A stretch of 64,000 nt of DNA. It comes from Promethearchaeia archaeon. Lineage in GTDB: Archaea > Asgardarchaeota > Lokiarchaeia > Sigyniarchaeales > SOKP01. Below the pieces are notes generated by a model. That model saw only the letters and a list, made by a program, of their open reading frames with translations, did no database searches and had not been told where the DNA came from. Positions within the stretch are counted from its first letter, which is position 1, and every line of letters begins with the position of its first letter. Below, piece after piece: positions 18,905 to 30,381 of the stretch. The stretch is taken from positions 32,001 to 96,000 of the forward strand of contig JAHQWJ010000107.1 of NCBI GenBank assembly GCA_029856125.1. The letters are read 5' to 3'. Made by a program: the position numbers and the translations under genes.

Positions 18905-19612
18905 ATGTATAAAAAATTAGCCAAATACTACGATTTGATTTATCATTGGAAAGATTACGAGAAAGAAGCCTATTCCATTAAAAATTTAATAAAAAAATAT
19001 AAAAAATCAGACGGCAACCAGTTGCTTGATGTTGGATGTGGGACGGGAAAGCATTTAGAATGTTTTTTAGACGAGTTTTCCTGTACAGGTATCGATATTA
19101 ACAACGAAATGGTGGAGGTTGCTAAAGCTAAATTTAAAGACGCGATTTTTGAACAAGGGGATATGATAGATTTTAATCTTAAAACTGAATTTGATGTAAT
19201 TCTAAGTTTATTTAGCTCAATCGGTTATGTAAAAACATATTCTAATCTAGAAAAAACGATGTTGAATTTTAAAAACCACTTAAAGAAAGGTGGCGTTCTA
19301 ATAATCGAGCCTTGGTTTACTAAATCTGCGTACTGGGTTGGAACGCCCGGCATGACTACTTACGATGGAAAGGATGTTAAAATCGCAAGACTTAATACAA
19401 CAAAAATAGAAGGAGACTTATCAATAATGGAGATGCATTATTTAATTGCTGAAAAAGATAAAGATATTATACATTTTGCCGATACTCATGAATTAGGTTT
19501 ATTTGAGACTGATAAAACTCTTGATTTTATGGAAAAAGCCGGTCTTAAAGCAGAATTTCTGAAAGATGGCTTAATGGAGGATAGAGGGTTGTTTATCGGA
19601 GTAAAATTGTAG
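18905..19612 (+). CDS. Class I SAM-dependent methyltransferase (TylM1/DesVI-like)
   Basis: YYDLIY..KDY, LLDVGCGTG.H, LFSSIGY, IEPWF, RGLFIG. Confidence 0.8.
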   Translation: MYKKLAKYYDLIYHWKDYEKEAYSIKNLIKKYKKSDGNQLLDVGCGTGKHLECFLDEFSCTGIDINNEMVEVAKAKFKDAIFEQGDMIDFNLKTEFDVILSLFSSIGYVKTYSNLEKTMLNFKNHLKKGGVLIIEPWFTKSAYWVGTPGMTTYDGKDVKIARLNTTKIEGDLSIMEMHYLIAEKDKDIIHFADTHELGLFETDKTLDFMEKAGLKAEFLKDGLMEDRGLFIGVKL

Positions 19613-19694
19613 TTGAAATAGCTCTGATAAATATTTTAATTATTTTTAAAAGTATAATAAAAAACTTAAATAAATAAGGGGATTTATCTAATTC

Positions 19695-20243
19695 ATGAAA
19701 ATTCTAATCACCTATTTTAGCCAGACGGGTAATACTGAAAAGATAGCTCAAGCAATTCACGAAGTTTCGTCGAAAAATCATGAATCTACCTTGAAAAGGT
19801 TAAAAAAAGTTAAAATTGAAGAATTGGAGGATTACGATTTGGTCTTTATAGGTTCTCCTTGTCATGATTCTGATTTAGCTAAACCTGCTTTACGATTTCT
19901 TAAAAAAGTCCCAAATTCTCCTAAATTCGCAATTGCCGGTTTTTATACTCACTCCACTTTTTTACCAGAAGGAGATGAAAGGATTAAAAAGTTATCTGAG
20001 CAATGGTCAGGTAAATGTATTGCGACATTTGAAGATGTAAAAAAAGAAAAGAATGCCAACTTTAAGGGTTATTTCAGATGCCAAGGAATCCCATCACCTC
20101 CTATCGAACAATTTATCCATAAAACAATTATAAAAGATGATGAAGAATGGGCAGATTTCATCGAAGAAGTGAAAAAACATCCAAATGAGAAGGATATAGA
20201 AGATGCAAAAAAATTTGCCCAAGATATTTTAAATGAATTCTAA
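19695..20243 (+). CDS. Flavodoxin family protein
   Basis: YFSQTGNTEKIA FMN-binding loop; HP...D near the C-terminus. Confidence 0.85.
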   Translation: MKILITYFSQTGNTEKIAQAIHEVSSKNHESTLKRLKKVKIEELEDYDLVFIGSPCHDSDLAKPALRFLKKVPNSPKFAIAGFYTHSTFLPEGDERIKKLSEQWSGKCIATFEDVKKEKNANFKGYFRCQGIPSPPIEQFIHKTIIKDDEEWADFIEEVKKHPNEKDIEDAKKFAQDILNEF

Positions 20244-20276
20244 TTACTTTTATAACATAAGAAATGTGAAACCTGC

Positions 20277-21107
20277 TTAGTCTATAATAACGTAAGCATT
20301 ACTTAAAACAACGGCTCTCTCGGTTTTAACTTGAATTAAATAACGTCCATTATCTTTCCACCCTTCTGTTGTTAACGATTCCCCAGGATACACCACATTA
20401 GTAAATCGTACTTTAAATTCTTTAAAGCGTGAGATATCTCCATCACATAGACTGTGTAGGATCGCTCTTGTTGTAAAACCATAAGTGCATAACCCGTGTA
20501 AAATTGGTTTTTCTTGACCTCCAAGGCGAGCAAGGTCCGGATCAATGTGAAGAGGATTTAAATCTCCGCTAAGACGATATAAAGCCGCTTGGTTTTCAGT
20601 AGTTTTATATGTAACGCTAAAATCTGGCTGAATTCCTTCTGGAGGTGTAATTTTCTCTATTTTCGGACCCCTGTCTCCACCAAATCCCCCCGCACCTAAA
20701 TAGAAAAACGAGGATTCGACTTCGAATAGAGGACTCCTATCTTTAGTAAGACTTGTAAATGTTATATTTATAACAGCTGCTTTACCTTTATCGTAAATAC
20801 TGGTTACCTCACTAAAGCAGATTATTTCTCCTTGTGACGGAATAGGCTTATGTAATCTTATTAGTTCTTCACCGTGGATAAATTTAGGATAAAAAATTTT
20901 CCCTAAATTAGGGAAAGCTACACGTCTTGGGATTGTTGCAAAACTAGGGAATACTTTTAATCCTCTTGAAACTCCCTCGTAGATAAATTGAAGTTCAGAA
21001 ATTTGAGCTCCAATCCCTAAAGCATATAGAATTACATCTTTATTGGTATATTTATAAATTTTTTCCGGATTTTTTTTTCCAACTACACTAAAATCTAATC
21101 CCGACAT
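20277..21107 (-). CDS. MaoC-like double-hotdog enoyl-CoA hydratase 2
   Basis: ILYALGIG, HGEE, YRLSGDLNPLHIDP, PILHGLCTYG. Confidence 0.9.
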   Translation of the reverse strand: MSGLDFSVVGKKNPEKIYKYTNKDVILYALGIGAQISELQFIYEGVSRGLKVFPSFATIPRRVAFPNLGKIFYPKFIHGEELIRLHKPIPSQGEIICFSEVTSIYDKGKAAVINITFTSLTKDRSPLFEVESSFFYLGAGGFGGDRGPKIEKITPPEGIQPDFSVTYKTTENQAALYRLSGDLNPLHIDPDLARLGGQEKPILHGLCTYGFTTRAILHSLCDGDISRFKEFKVRFTNVVYPGESLTTEGWKDNGRYLIQVKTERAVVLSNAYVIID

Positions 21108-21172
21108 GTTATATCATTTGTATTATTTATTTAAAAACTTTAAAGTTTTACTTGATCTTATAATTTTTATAA

Positions 21173-22675
21173 TTATATTCTTACTAAAATATCATAATTG
21201 TTCATAAACTCTTTCAAATCCTGGATTCTTAGAAGGTTAAAATGAAATAGGGAAGCAGCCAATACAGCTTCAGCTCCGTTATTGATTGCTTCTACAAAAT
21301 GCATTTTATTTCCTGCTCCTCCTGACGCTATCACAGGTACAGGCACAATATGCGTGATAGCTTGGATTAAATCAAGATCATATCCCGATTTAGTACCATC
21401 TTTATCCATACTTGTAACTAATAGTTCTCCTGCTCCCTTATCTACAACTGTTTTTACCCATTCTAACACATCGAGTCCAGTAGGTTCTGTGCCACTATGT
21501 GAATATACTTCCCAAGATTCACCTTTTCTTTTTGCGTCGATAGCGACAACAATACATTGAGATCCAAATTTTATTGCACCTTTAGTAATTAAGGATGGAT
21601 CAGTTATGGCTGCTGAATTTATACTAACTTTTTCTGCTCCTGCCTTAATAATTACAGTCATATCTTCAATTGTTTTAATTCCACCACCTACAGTTAATGG
21701 AATGAAGATTTCTTCAGCTACAGATCGAATTGTATTAAGCATGCTCTTTCGTCCTTCTAGAGTTGCCGAAATATCTAAGAAAACTAATTCGTCAGCACCA
21801 TTTTCGTTATAATATCGTGCTAAATCAACTGGATCTCCACTATCTCTTAGATTTTTGAATTTGACCCCCTTTACTACTCTTCCATTTTTTACATCCAGAC
21901 AAGGGATAATCCGTTTTACTAATCGAGATTTATGAAGATCGTCAAGGAAGGAGCTTAAAAGTTTGAGAGGAATATTTCGATTATATAACGCTTTTCCTAC
22001 AATAACTCCATCAGCATACTCTAGTGCTTTAGTTACATCATTTATGCTTGAGATTCCGCCTGAGGCAATTATTCTAGTATTAGGTTTTTTCTCCTTTCTT
22101 AATTCTAAATAAAGATTTGTATTTAAACCAGTCGAAGTCCCATCCTTCATTATATCTGTGACAATAAAATCTTGAATTCCCAAATTCTCCAATTTAGAAA
22201 AAACTTTAAATATATCTAAGTTCGTATCAAATTGCCATCCCTTCGTACGGATCGTTTTATTGGAAGAATCTAATGCGATTGCAATCTTGCTTCTATACTG
22301 TTTAGATAAAACCTTTAAAAGGATGTTATCATCAAAAGCTATGGTACCTAGGATTATACGGTCAGTTCCCAGATCTATTAATTCCTCAATTGTTTCAATA
22401 CTCCGTATTCCCCCTCCAATCTGAATTTTGATCCCAGCTTGTTTAGAAAGTTTTATCAGATTCAAAATAACGGGATAACTAAGATTTTTTCTAAAATCTC
22501 CTGTTAATGCACCATCTAAATTAACAACATGAATCCACCAAGCACCAGCTTTGATAAATTGTCTTAGAATGGTTATAGGGTCATTAGAATATGTGATTTG
22601 TTTAGAAAAGTCACCCTGAGTAAGTCTGACTACTTTTCCTTCTCTTATATCCATTGCAGGAATTACAGTTTTCAT
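21173..22675 (-). CDS. hisAF: Fused HisA-HisF (ProFAR isomerase + IGP synthase cyclase subunit)
   Basis: N-half: [28 protein letters not shown]-half: [39 protein letters not shown]. Confidence 0.9.
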   Translation of the reverse strand: MKTVIPAMDIREGKVVRLTQGDFSKQITYSNDPITILRQFIKAGAWWIHVVNLDGALTGDFRKNLSYPVILNLIKLSKQAGIKIQIGGGIRSIETIEELIDLGTDRIILGTIAFDDNILLKVLSKQYRSKIAIALDSSNKTIRTKGWQFDTNLDIFKVFSKLENLGIQDFIVTDIMKDGTSTGLNTNLYLELRKEKKPNTRIIASGGISSINDVTKALEYADGVIVGKALYNRNIPLKLLSSFLDDLHKSRLVKRIIPCLDVKNGRVVKGVKFKNLRDSGDPVDLARYYNENGADELVFLDISATLEGRKSMLNTIRSVAEEIFIPLTVGGGIKTIEDMTVIIKAGAEKVSINSAAITDPSLITKGAIKFGSQCIVVAIDAKRKGESWEVYSHSGTEPTGLDVLEWVKTVVDKGAGELLVTSMDKDGTKSGYDLDLIQAITHIVPVPVIASGGAGNKMHFVEAINNGAEAVLAASLFHFNLLRIQDLKEFMNNYDILVRI

Positions 22676-22677
22676 GT

Positions 22678-23280
22678 TTATATCACCCGTTTTTCTAAAG
22701 AATTAACCCAATATTTCAGTATGCTTTCTCCAGTTGTTTTACTTTTTTCTGGATGAAATTGTATTGCTAAAATTGTCCCATACTTAAAAATAACTCCAAA
22801 TTTTACTCCGTGTAAAGTAAATGCAATAATCATATTCTCATCTACTGCATCACAATAATATGTGTGGTTAAAATATGCAAAACCAGAGAAATACGGCTCT
22901 TTCAATGCAATTACTCGGTTCCACCCCGTATGTGGGACACGAATAGAATTAGTGGGTGTTAACTTCTTCACTTTTCCAGAAAAAATGCCTAATCCCTCAA
23001 CACCTGGACTTTCTTCAGAATTATTGAATAATAACTGTAATCCTAAACATATTCCTAATGTTGGTTTTGTTGGTATAATTTGTTTTAATAGGTTAAAGAG
23101 CCCTTTTCGCTTTAATTCTTCTACAGCATCTCCAAAAGCTCCCACACCTGGTAGAACAATACCATTTGCTTTTTCAATCTCTTCTCTTTCATTAGTTATT
23201 ATTACATCTGAATAATATCGTTGTAATGATCGCTGGACAGATCGTAAATTTCCAATCCCATAATCAATTATTGTAATCAT
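22678..23280 (-). CDS. hisH: IGP synthase glutaminase subunit
   Basis: [28 protein letters not shown]. Confidence 0.95.
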   Translation of the reverse strand: MITIIDYGIGNLRSVQRSLQRYYSDVIITNEREEIEKANGIVLPGVGAFGDAVEELKRKGLFNLLKQIIPTKPTLGICLGLQLLFNNSEESPGVEGLGIFSGKVKKLTPTNSIRVPHTGWNRVIALKEPYFSGFAYFNHTYYCDAVDENMIIAFTLHGVKFGVIFKYGTILAIQFHPEKSKTTGESILKYWVNSLEKRVI

Positions 23281-23320
23281 GAATAACTCCTCGAATATTT
23301 AAAAAGTGCACCTTATTGTT

Positions 23321-23926
23321 TCATAAAATTCCCTTCGTAGATGGGATACTGCCTCTTCGTTTAAGATCTAACCGAGAAGCTTTATCCAGTGAAGATCCGA
23401 GAGCTTTAAAAACCGACTCTGCCATGTGGTGATCATCTTTCCCATAAAGCACTTTCACATGTAGCGTTATACTAGCATGGATCGCAAATGTCTGTAAAAA
23501 ATGTTCTATCAATGTGAGAGGTATCAATTCGTCTTGATTCTTTCCAAAATATTTACCCGTCCAAGGGATATTAATAATTGAATAGGGACGATTGGAAAAA
23601 TCAACAACAACTAATGCTAGAGCTTCATCCATAGGAACGTAAGAGTGTCCAATGCGGCTAATTCCTGATTTATCTCCGATTGCATGCTTAAAAGCTTTTC
23701 CTAACACTATCCCTACATCCTCTATGGTATGATGAGTATCGACATGCAGATCTCCAGTAGCTTTCACCTCAATGTCAAAAATTCCATGAATAGCGATGTG
23801 ATTTAACATATGATCGAAAAATCCTATACCTGTATTTATGTTTGCATTTCCAGAGCCATCTAAGTTAAGCGAAACATTAATAGTAGATTCTTTCGTTTTT
23901 CTTTCTTGTTCTGATTGACGATTCAT
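23321..23926 (-). CDS. hisB: Imidazoleglycerol-phosphate dehydratase
   Basis: TGIGFFDHML, DTHHTIED, DDHH.AE, PSTKG. Confidence 0.95.
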   Translation of the reverse strand: MNRQSEQERKTKESTINVSLNLDGSGNANINTGIGFFDHMLNHIAIHGIFDIEVKATGDLHVDTHHTIEDVGIVLGKAFKHAIGDKSGISRIGHSYVPMDEALALVVVDFSNRPYSIINIPWTGKYFGKNQDELIPLTLIEHFLQTFAIHASITLHVKVLYGKDDHHMAESVFKALGSSLDKASRLDLKRRGSIPSTKGIL

Positions 23927-23927
23927 T

Positions 23928-25058
23928 TTAATTTCCTCCTTTTAAAAATAATTTGAGTTCATCAATAACTTTAACCATATTTTCTTGGAGTCCGATACTG
24001 ATTCTTAGGTTGTTAATCATGTCTGATGACGAATAATACCTTACAAGAATGCCTTTTGAATAGAGATATTCGTAAAGGGTTTTTGGAATCTCTGGAGATT
24101 CGAAAGTGAGTAAGACATAACAAGCTTCGCTAGGATGGATCCAAAAATTTTTAAATTGATTTTGAAGCAAACTTAGTTGATTGATGAACCATTCTCTTAT
24201 TTTTTTCATTTCTGTAATTCTCGTATCAACTAGTGGGCTAGATAATGCCGCAAGAGCAGCTTTTTGACCAGCAATGTTTACATTATAAGGTTGTTTAATT
24301 GATACTATAACTTTTCGAATCTCGTCTGGCATAATTCCATATCCCACTCGGAGCCCTCCTAAACCATAAGCCTTACTAAAAGTTCGAAGAACAACGAGAT
24401 TCTCGTAATTAGGAACCCATTTAGCAAGAGATTGGGAATCTGAGAACTCTATGTAAGCTTCGTCAATGACCACTAAGACTGGTAGAGAGACTAAATGTTC
24501 AATGAAACTTTCTGATACAACGCTTCCGTCTGGATTATTTGGTCGGGCTATAAAAATGATTTTAGACTTTAGCGCTTCTTCTAAAAATTGGTCTTCGTTA
24601 AGTACATAATGAGCAAACGACTCTTTTTTGACTAATTTTTGAGAGACAGCTAAATTTTTAATTCCATTTACTTGAGCTAAGAACGAAATCATCCCAAATG
24701 TAGGGGATACAGAGAGAATTTTGTCAGAAGGGTTAGCGTATGCTTTCATTATAAGTTCTATGAGCTCATCCGAACCTGAACTAATTATAAAATTTTTGGT
24801 GTCTATTTTTTCTTTTTTCCCTAAGGCTTGTATTAGATTTGAACACAGCATGTCTGGATAATTACCAATATTTGTGAGGGACCTTAATGCTCCCAGAACT
24901 TCTGGAAGTGGATCGAAAGGATTTTCGTTACCATCAAGTTTTATTATTTGTTCAAGTGGGATATTAAGTTCTTTTGCAATGGCCTCTAAAGGTTTAACTC
25001 CACTATAAGTCTTTATTGAAGCGAGGTGATCTGCAGTTTTGATTTTAGGTATTAGCAT
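23928..25058 (-). CDS. hisC: Histidinol-phosphate aminotransferase
   Basis: KLDGNENP, GSDELI, PNNPDG, DEAY, RTFSKAYGL.GLRVG; inside the his operon. Confidence 0.92.
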   Translation of the reverse strand: MLIPKIKTADHLASIKTYSGVKPLEAIAKELNIPLEQIIKLDGNENPFDPLPEVLGALRSLTNIGNYPDMLCSNLIQALGKKEKIDTKNFIISSGSDELIELIMKAYANPSDKILSVSPTFGMISFLAQVNGIKNLAVSQKLVKKESFAHYVLNEDQFLEEALKSKIIFIARPNNPDGSVVSESFIEHLVSLPVLVVIDEAYIEFSDSQSLAKWVPNYENLVVLRTFSKAYGLGGLRVGYGIMPDEIRKVIVSIKQPYNVNIAGQKAALAALSSPLVDTRITEMKKIREWFINQLSLLQNQFKNFWIHPSEACYVLLTFESPEIPKTLYEYLYSKGILVRYYSSSDMINNLRISIGLQENMVKVIDELKLFLKGGN

Positions 25059-26374
25059 CTCCTCCTAGCCGCTTCTGAGTGAGCAGTAAGCTCTTCGCTA
25101 ATAGCTAATTTCTCAGCTAAAGGAGCTATAGACTTAACTGTTTTAGTATCTAAAGCTATAAGACTGGTAATTTTGAGAAAATCTATTACTGATAATGGAG
25201 ACGAAAATTTAGCTGCACCACCCGTTGGCATTACATGACTGGGACCGGCAACATAATCACCCATCACTTCACAAGATGATTCTCCCAAGAAAATTCCTCC
25301 CGCATTTTTAATTCGGGGTAAGATTTTTTCTTGATCCTTCGTAATGATAGATAAGTGCTCTGGGGCAAAATCGTTAATTGCTAATATAGCATCTTTAGTG
25401 TTAGTTACTAAAATTATTCCGCCATTATTTTCGATTGCGTATCGAGCTTTATCAGCGCGAGACAGTTTTGGTATTTGCTCTTCAACTGAATCTCTGACTT
25501 TATTTGCGATATCTTGACTTGTTGTAAGTAAAATTGGAATTGATAAAAAATCGTGTTCAGCTTGTGCGAGTAAATCTGAGGCAATTAAATGAGGATCCGC
25601 AGATTCATCGGCTAATATAACTGCCTCTGTTGGACCAGTGATACCATCAATTCCTACAATCCCATATACTTCTCGCTTAGCTAAGGTAACGAAGATGTTA
25701 CCGGGTCCAACAATTTTATTAACTTTTGGAACTGATTCAGTACCAAAAGCTAATGCCGCAATTGCTTGAGCTCCTCCTATCTGGAAAACCCTAAGGTTAA
25801 CTTTATAATCACGCATTAAATTACAAGTAGCTAAAATTATAGGAGAAATTGGAGACGGACTTACAATTATTACTTCTTCAACTCCCGCTACAATTGCAGG
25901 GCAAACGCTATGAATAACCGTAGATGGAAGCGGAGCAGATCCTCCAGGTACGTAAAATCCGACTCTTTGGATTGGAGTTATTATCTGCCCTAAAGTTCCT
26001 CCTAAATCACTTGTAGTCCAAGAAGATATAGGTTGTTTTTTGTGAAACGCTAATATTCTATGTATCGTTTTATCTAAAACCTCTTTAATTTTAGTGTCGA
26101 TAGAATTTAACGCCGCTTCCATTTGCTCTACTTCGATTTCAATTGAATTAGTAATATCATTTTTTTCTAATTTTTTAGTCCATTCAATTAGAGCTAGATC
26201 GCCATTTTTTATTACATCGTCAATTATACTTTTAACAACTTCTTGTGGTGTTAAGGGTTTACCGAAAATCTTAATAATCTGCTCGTTAGTTTGGGGTGAT
26301 ACTTGAGTATTAATAATTGATTTGCGTATTAATATAGATTTTTGTGCTTCCTCTAAGGAATATAGTGGAATCAT
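25052..26374 (-). CDS. hisD: Histidinol dehydrogenase
   Basis: [41 protein letters not shown]. Confidence 0.95.
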   Translation of the reverse strand: MIPLYSLEEAQKSILIRKSIINTQVSPQTNEQIIKIFGKPLTPQEVVKSIIDDVIKNGDLALIEWTKKLEKNDITNSIEIEVEQMEAALNSIDTKIKEVLDKTIHRILAFHKKQPISSWTTSDLGGTLGQIITPIQRVGFYVPGGSAPLPSTVIHSVCPAIVAGVEEVIIVSPSPISPIILATCNLMRDYKVNLRVFQIGGAQAIAALAFGTESVPKVNKIVGPGNIFVTLAKREVYGIVGIDGITGPTEAVILADESADPHLIASDLLAQAEHDFLSIPILLTTSQDIANKVRDSVEEQIPKLSRADKARYAIENNGGIILVTNTKDAILAINDFAPEHLSIITKDQEKILPRIKNAGGIFLGESSCEVMGDYVAGPSHVMPTGGAAKFSSPLSVIDFLKITSLIALDTKTVKSIAPLAEKLAISEELTAHSEAARRRC

Positions 26375-27384
26375 TAATTATCCTCCAGATTCTTGACCAA
26401 ATCTTTATAGCGCTTTGGTTCTTCTTCAAAAATGAATAATGTCGGACTGACAACAACTCCGCTTCCACCAATATCTCTCAATGCTCTTATAGTTTCCGTT
26501 AACTTCTTCTTTTCAACAATTATATGAATAGCAAACCAAGATCCTCCCTTAGAAGATATAACAGGTGAAATCGTTGGACCTTGAAGGCCTTTTAGACTTT
26601 CGTTAGTAAACATTTTTTGAGCTACATCTTCAGGATCATTCCCCCGCATATTTATGAAAACTGAAACATAGTCTTTTGCTCTTATAGTCGCTTCAAAGTA
26701 TTCAAGAAATGTCCGAGAAATATCCAAAACAATTTGATTTTCTTTTAAGTTTTTACGGTTTGCGATAAAACAAGCTTGGGATTGAAGAATACAACCATCT
26801 TGTAACCGCTTCAACCTATTATCTTTGAGTGTTTGTCCAGAGGAGACTAACTCGACAATTATATCCGAATATCCTAATGTAGGAGCAACCTCAATAGTGC
26901 CTTCAGCCTTAAATAATTTAAAATCAAGTTCGTGCTTATTAAAAAAGTCTTCTGTCAATAGAGGAAACTTAGAAGCAACCCGTAAAATTTCATTTCGATG
27001 TTTCAAATCTTTCATCGAGTTTTCTTTCCAGTTTTCAGGTATCGATACTTCTAGGGTACATGCCCCAAATTCTAAATTATCGTGAATAATTACAATTTTA
27101 TCTGGATCTTTAAGTGTTAACTCGGTTAGTATATCCAAACCAACAATACCAAAAGCTAAATTCCCATTAAATACGCCATTTATAATATCTTTTTGCCGCT
27201 GAAATACTACTTGTATATTTGGGAATCCTTCTAACCATCCAATGTATTGTTGCCTATTTCTTTTTAGTTTGAAACCACACGAATTAAGAAATTCTTGTGT
27301 TTCAGACGCCATACGGCCTTTTGATGGTATTCCGATTCTTACCAATTGTGAATCTGATTTTTCTTTCTCATTTTTAGCTTCCAT
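26374..27384 (-). CDS. hisG: ATP phosphoribosyltransferase (long form)
   Basis: IGIPSKGR, G..E.AP..G, VSSG.TL..N.L, C-terminal regulatory domain GLQGPTISPV. Confidence 0.93.
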   Translation of the reverse strand: MEAKNEKEKSDSQLVRIGIPSKGRMASETQEFLNSCGFKLKRNRQQYIGWLEGFPNIQVVFQRQKDIINGVFNGNLAFGIVGLDILTELTLKDPDKIVIIHDNLEFGACTLEVSIPENWKENSMKDLKHRNEILRVASKFPLLTEDFFNKHELDFKLFKAEGTIEVAPTLGYSDIIVELVSSGQTLKDNRLKRLQDGCILQSQACFIANRKNLKENQIVLDISRTFLEYFEATIRAKDYVSVFINMRGNDPEDVAQKMFTNESLKGLQGPTISPVISSKGGSWFAIHIIVEKKKLTETIRALRDIGGSGVVVSPTLFIFEEEPKRYKDLVKNLEDN

Positions 27385-28567
27385 AATTTCTTCTACTCCA
27401 TAGTTCGTTTAATATATCTTGAAGGTTAATTTCTTTTTTAGCCATTAAAACCATAATAAAATACAATAAATCTGCAATTTCCCAAACTAAATTTTCATCA
27501 TTAGTGTAATTAATGACTTCATTGCTTTCTTCTCGAATTTTTTCCATAATTGATTGATCGTCTTTTGAGATTTTGCTCGTATATGAATTAGCGGTTGGAT
27601 TTAAAATTCTATCTTGAATAATTTCATATAAATCTGATAATTCGAATTCTTTATTGCCAAAACAGGAATATCTCTGCAAATGACACGCAACTCCCTCTTG
27701 ACGAACATTAAATAACAAGGTATCTTGATCGCAGTCATATCTTGCCGTATTTAGCGTCTGGCGATTTCCCGACGTTTCTCCTTTAACCCAAATTGATTTT
27801 CGAGAACGACTATAATAAACGCCTTTCTTTTGAATTAAGGCTTGAGTTAAAGACTCCTGAGAGGAAAAGGCAAGCATTAAAACTTGACCGTGTTCGTCTT
27901 GAACAATAGTAGGAATTAAACCCTCGAGTTTCTGAAAATCTAAGGTAGATTTAAAGATTCGAAGCATTTCCTTATTTTTAAATACACCAGATGAACAAAT
28001 CAATGGATTTACTCCTTTTTTCTCTAGTAGTTCAGTAAATGTATTATTAGCATCAAGAAAAGTTAGTGGATAATTATTAAAATCCGAGATGTAGTTTAAC
28101 ACTTCAGCAACGATACTTTCATCAATAGTAAAATCTGGGTCATAATCAATCAGAAGTTCTGAACAATAAGGAACTACTTTTGTAACTATTTTTTTTAACT
28201 CTGTTTTTAGACCAGTTAAATTGTTATTAAGGAGTGAGGTTTTTCGAAGCGTAATTCTTGCTATTATAATCTTTTTTGATATGCTTTTGCTTATTTCTTC
28301 GACCTTATTCTCAGGAATTATAATTTTTTTCACGCCCTTCTGCAACACTAATCTTACTGTTTCTACAGTAGGCGAGTTTATCATTAAATTGCATTCGGCA
28401 ACCTTACAAATCCCCTTCAAAAGGTTATAAGAGTCAATATCATTTGCTACTACACTACCAAAATAATTAATACTTTTTGCATAGTTAATTATAAAATTCT
28501 CATCGACTTTTGACTGATTTTCAAATGATGATTTAATTTTGCTGATATTCAACTCAAATTTTAACAT
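27374..28567 (-). CDS. hisIE: Bifunctional HisIE with about 200-aa N-terminal extension
   Basis: GLIPTIVQD, YSRSR..W.KGETSG, DCDQD, ACH...SCF (HisI); SYT, KI.EE..E, WE.ADL.Y (HisE). Confidence 0.88.
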   Translation of the reverse strand: MLKFELNISKIKSSFENQSKVDENFIINYAKSINYFGSVVANDIDSYNLLKGICKVAECNLMINSPTVETVRLVLQKGVKKIIIPENKVEEISKSISKKIIIARITLRKTSLLNNNLTGLKTELKKIVTKVVPYCSELLIDYDPDFTIDESIVAEVLNYISDFNNYPLTFLDANNTFTELLEKKGVNPLICSSGVFKNKEMLRIFKSTLDFQKLEGLIPTIVQDEHGQVLMLAFSSQESLTQALIQKKGVYYSRSRKSIWVKGETSGNRQTLNTARYDCDQDTLLFNVRQEGVACHLQRYSCFGNKEFELSDLYEIIQDRILNPTANSYTSKISKDDQSIMEKIREESNEVINYTNDENLVWEIADLLYFIMVLMAKKEINLQDILNELWSRRNYGS

Positions 28568-28724
28568 AAAAACAGTTGCTATAAGTTAATTCTATTGCTG
28601 TATAGTTACTTATCATTCTCGTGGAGTTATAAATCTTATTTCTAATTTTCTATTCAGATTAACAAAATTTATAATTCAAACGAATCTTAAGTAAGATCAG
28701 ATATTGTAAGGTGGAGTAAGTTAT

Positions 28725-29765
28725 ATGGTAAAAGGGAATAAATATGGAACGCATAGAGTTATTGAGCCTAAAGGTACGCTTCCTCAACCGGCGTTAAAAA
28801 TTTCGAATGATATGTCTATATTCGACAATGAAATATTAATAAATGTTGAATATTTGAACATCGATTCCGCAAGCTTTACTCAATTAAAGGAAGAAGCGGG
28901 AGGAGATGTTGAAAAAATAAAATCTAAAATCTTGGAAATTGTTCAAGAGCGGGGAAAAATGCAAAACCCAGTTACTGGTTCAGGTGGAATGCTAATAGGA
29001 AAAGTAGAAAAGATAGGTACTGACTTACAAGATAAAATCGATTTACACATAGGAGATAGGATTGCATCACTTGTCTCTCTCTCGTTAACTCCCCTCAAAA
29101 TTGAAAAAATCTTAGATATTAATCCAGATATAGATCGAGTCGAGATTGAGGGAAAAGCTATCCTTTTTGAAAGCGGAATTTACGCAAAATTGCCTGGAGA
29201 TGTGGAAGCCACACTCGCGTTAGCCGCCCTTGATGTTGCCGGTGCTCCAGCACAAGTAAAGAATCTGGTGAAGGAAGGCAATAATGTTCTCATTCTTGGT
29301 GCTACGGGAAAATCTGGACTTATGTGTTCGTACATGGCTAAAAAAATGGTTGGGAATGGAGGAAAAGTTATAGGACAGGCTAGAAACGAGGCTCGAGCCG
29401 AATTTCTTAGAGAAACCGAGTTTTGCCACGAAGTTATTGTTGCTGATGTATTAAATCCAATAAATATCCTAGAAGAAACTCTAAAAGCTAATGGGGGGCG
29501 TGAAGTAGATATAACCATTAATTGCTTGAGTATCCCAAACTCAGAATTATCTTCTATCCTTCCCGTAAGAGATAATGGTATTGTATATTTCTTTTCAATG
29601 GCCACCAGCTTTACTAAAGCAGCTTTGGGAGCTGAAGGAATAGGTAAAGATGTAATGATGATAATTGGCAATGGGTATACTAAAAATCACGCACAAATTA
29701 CCTTAGATTTATTACGAGAATCTGGTACTCTTAGAAGAATTTTTAAGGAAAAATATACAAAATAA
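28725..29765 (+). CDS. kdd: L-erythro-3,5-diaminohexanoate dehydrogenase
   Basis: YGTHRVIEP.G.LPQPA, NIDSASF.Q, GKMQNPVTGSGGML, SLVSLSLTPL, LDVAGAP, FFSMAT.F. Confidence 0.93.
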   Translation: MVKGNKYGTHRVIEPKGTLPQPALKISNDMSIFDNEILINVEYLNIDSASFTQLKEEAGGDVEKIKSKILEIVQERGKMQNPVTGSGGMLIGKVEKIGTDLQDKIDLHIGDRIASLVSLSLTPLKIEKILDINPDIDRVEIEGKAILFESGIYAKLPGDVEATLALAALDVAGAPAQVKNLVKEGNNVLILGATGKSGLMCSYMAKKMVGNGGKVIGQARNEARAEFLRETEFCHEVIVADVLNPINILEETLKANGGREVDITINCLSIPNSELSSILPVRDNGIVYFFSMATSFTKAALGAEGIGKDVMMIIGNGYTKNHAQITLDLLRESGTLRRIFKEKYTK

Positions 29766-29811
29766 AAGTTTAATCTAAATCTAAAAAAAAAGAAATTTTA
29801 ATATTAGTTTA

Positions 29812-30135
29812 TTATCCGGGTGGAGTTTGTCCAATTGATGAATAGGCTTCTTCTATAGTGGCCCACGTCTCTATTGAATATTTAAATCCAGGGACTGTTA
29901 AATACATGTTTACCATAGCCATAGCACGTCTTCTAATTGCTTCTAATTTCCCTTCCTTTACCAGTATTACACTAAGTGATTTTATACCGTCCATATCGGC
30001 ATTTATAGCATTAGGCACAAGATCATCCCCAAGACTATCATCTGGTGGAAATTTTTTATTAACTTCAATAGCTTTTTTTACCATCTCTGCTGTCGACTCA
30101 CCAGGCCAACGAACAAAGGTAACTAAATAGGGCAT
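29812..30135 (-). CDS. Hypothetical protein
   Basis: 107-aa ORF with SD-like GAGG upstream. Confidence 0.6.
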   Translation of the reverse strand: MPYLVTFVRWPGESTAEMVKKAIEVNKKFPPDDSLGDDLVPNAINADMDGIKSLSVILVKEGKLEAIRRRAMAMVNMYLTVPGFKYSIETWATIEEAYSSIGQTPPG

Positions 30136-30381
30136 TTTTAATTCCTCTTTAGATTATTACATTTTTGTATGGATTTTAAATAACTTGCAATTAAAATTAA
30201 TTCAGATCTCTTATTTAAATATTTACATTCTTGTCAATATTAAATTAAATTTTATTTTAAATTAAATTTTGTGAGATGTGAGACGAACATGAACCTTAGA
30301 ATATTTCTCCCTCAAACTCCTAAACTTTAACAAATAAAAAAAATTAGTTACGATAATAAATTAAGATTTCTGGAAACTATC

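Noticed and set aside
30136-30381. Lysine or cobalamin riboswitch upstream of kamA
   Set aside because: AT-rich spacer with no recognisable conserved riboswitch core or stable stems.
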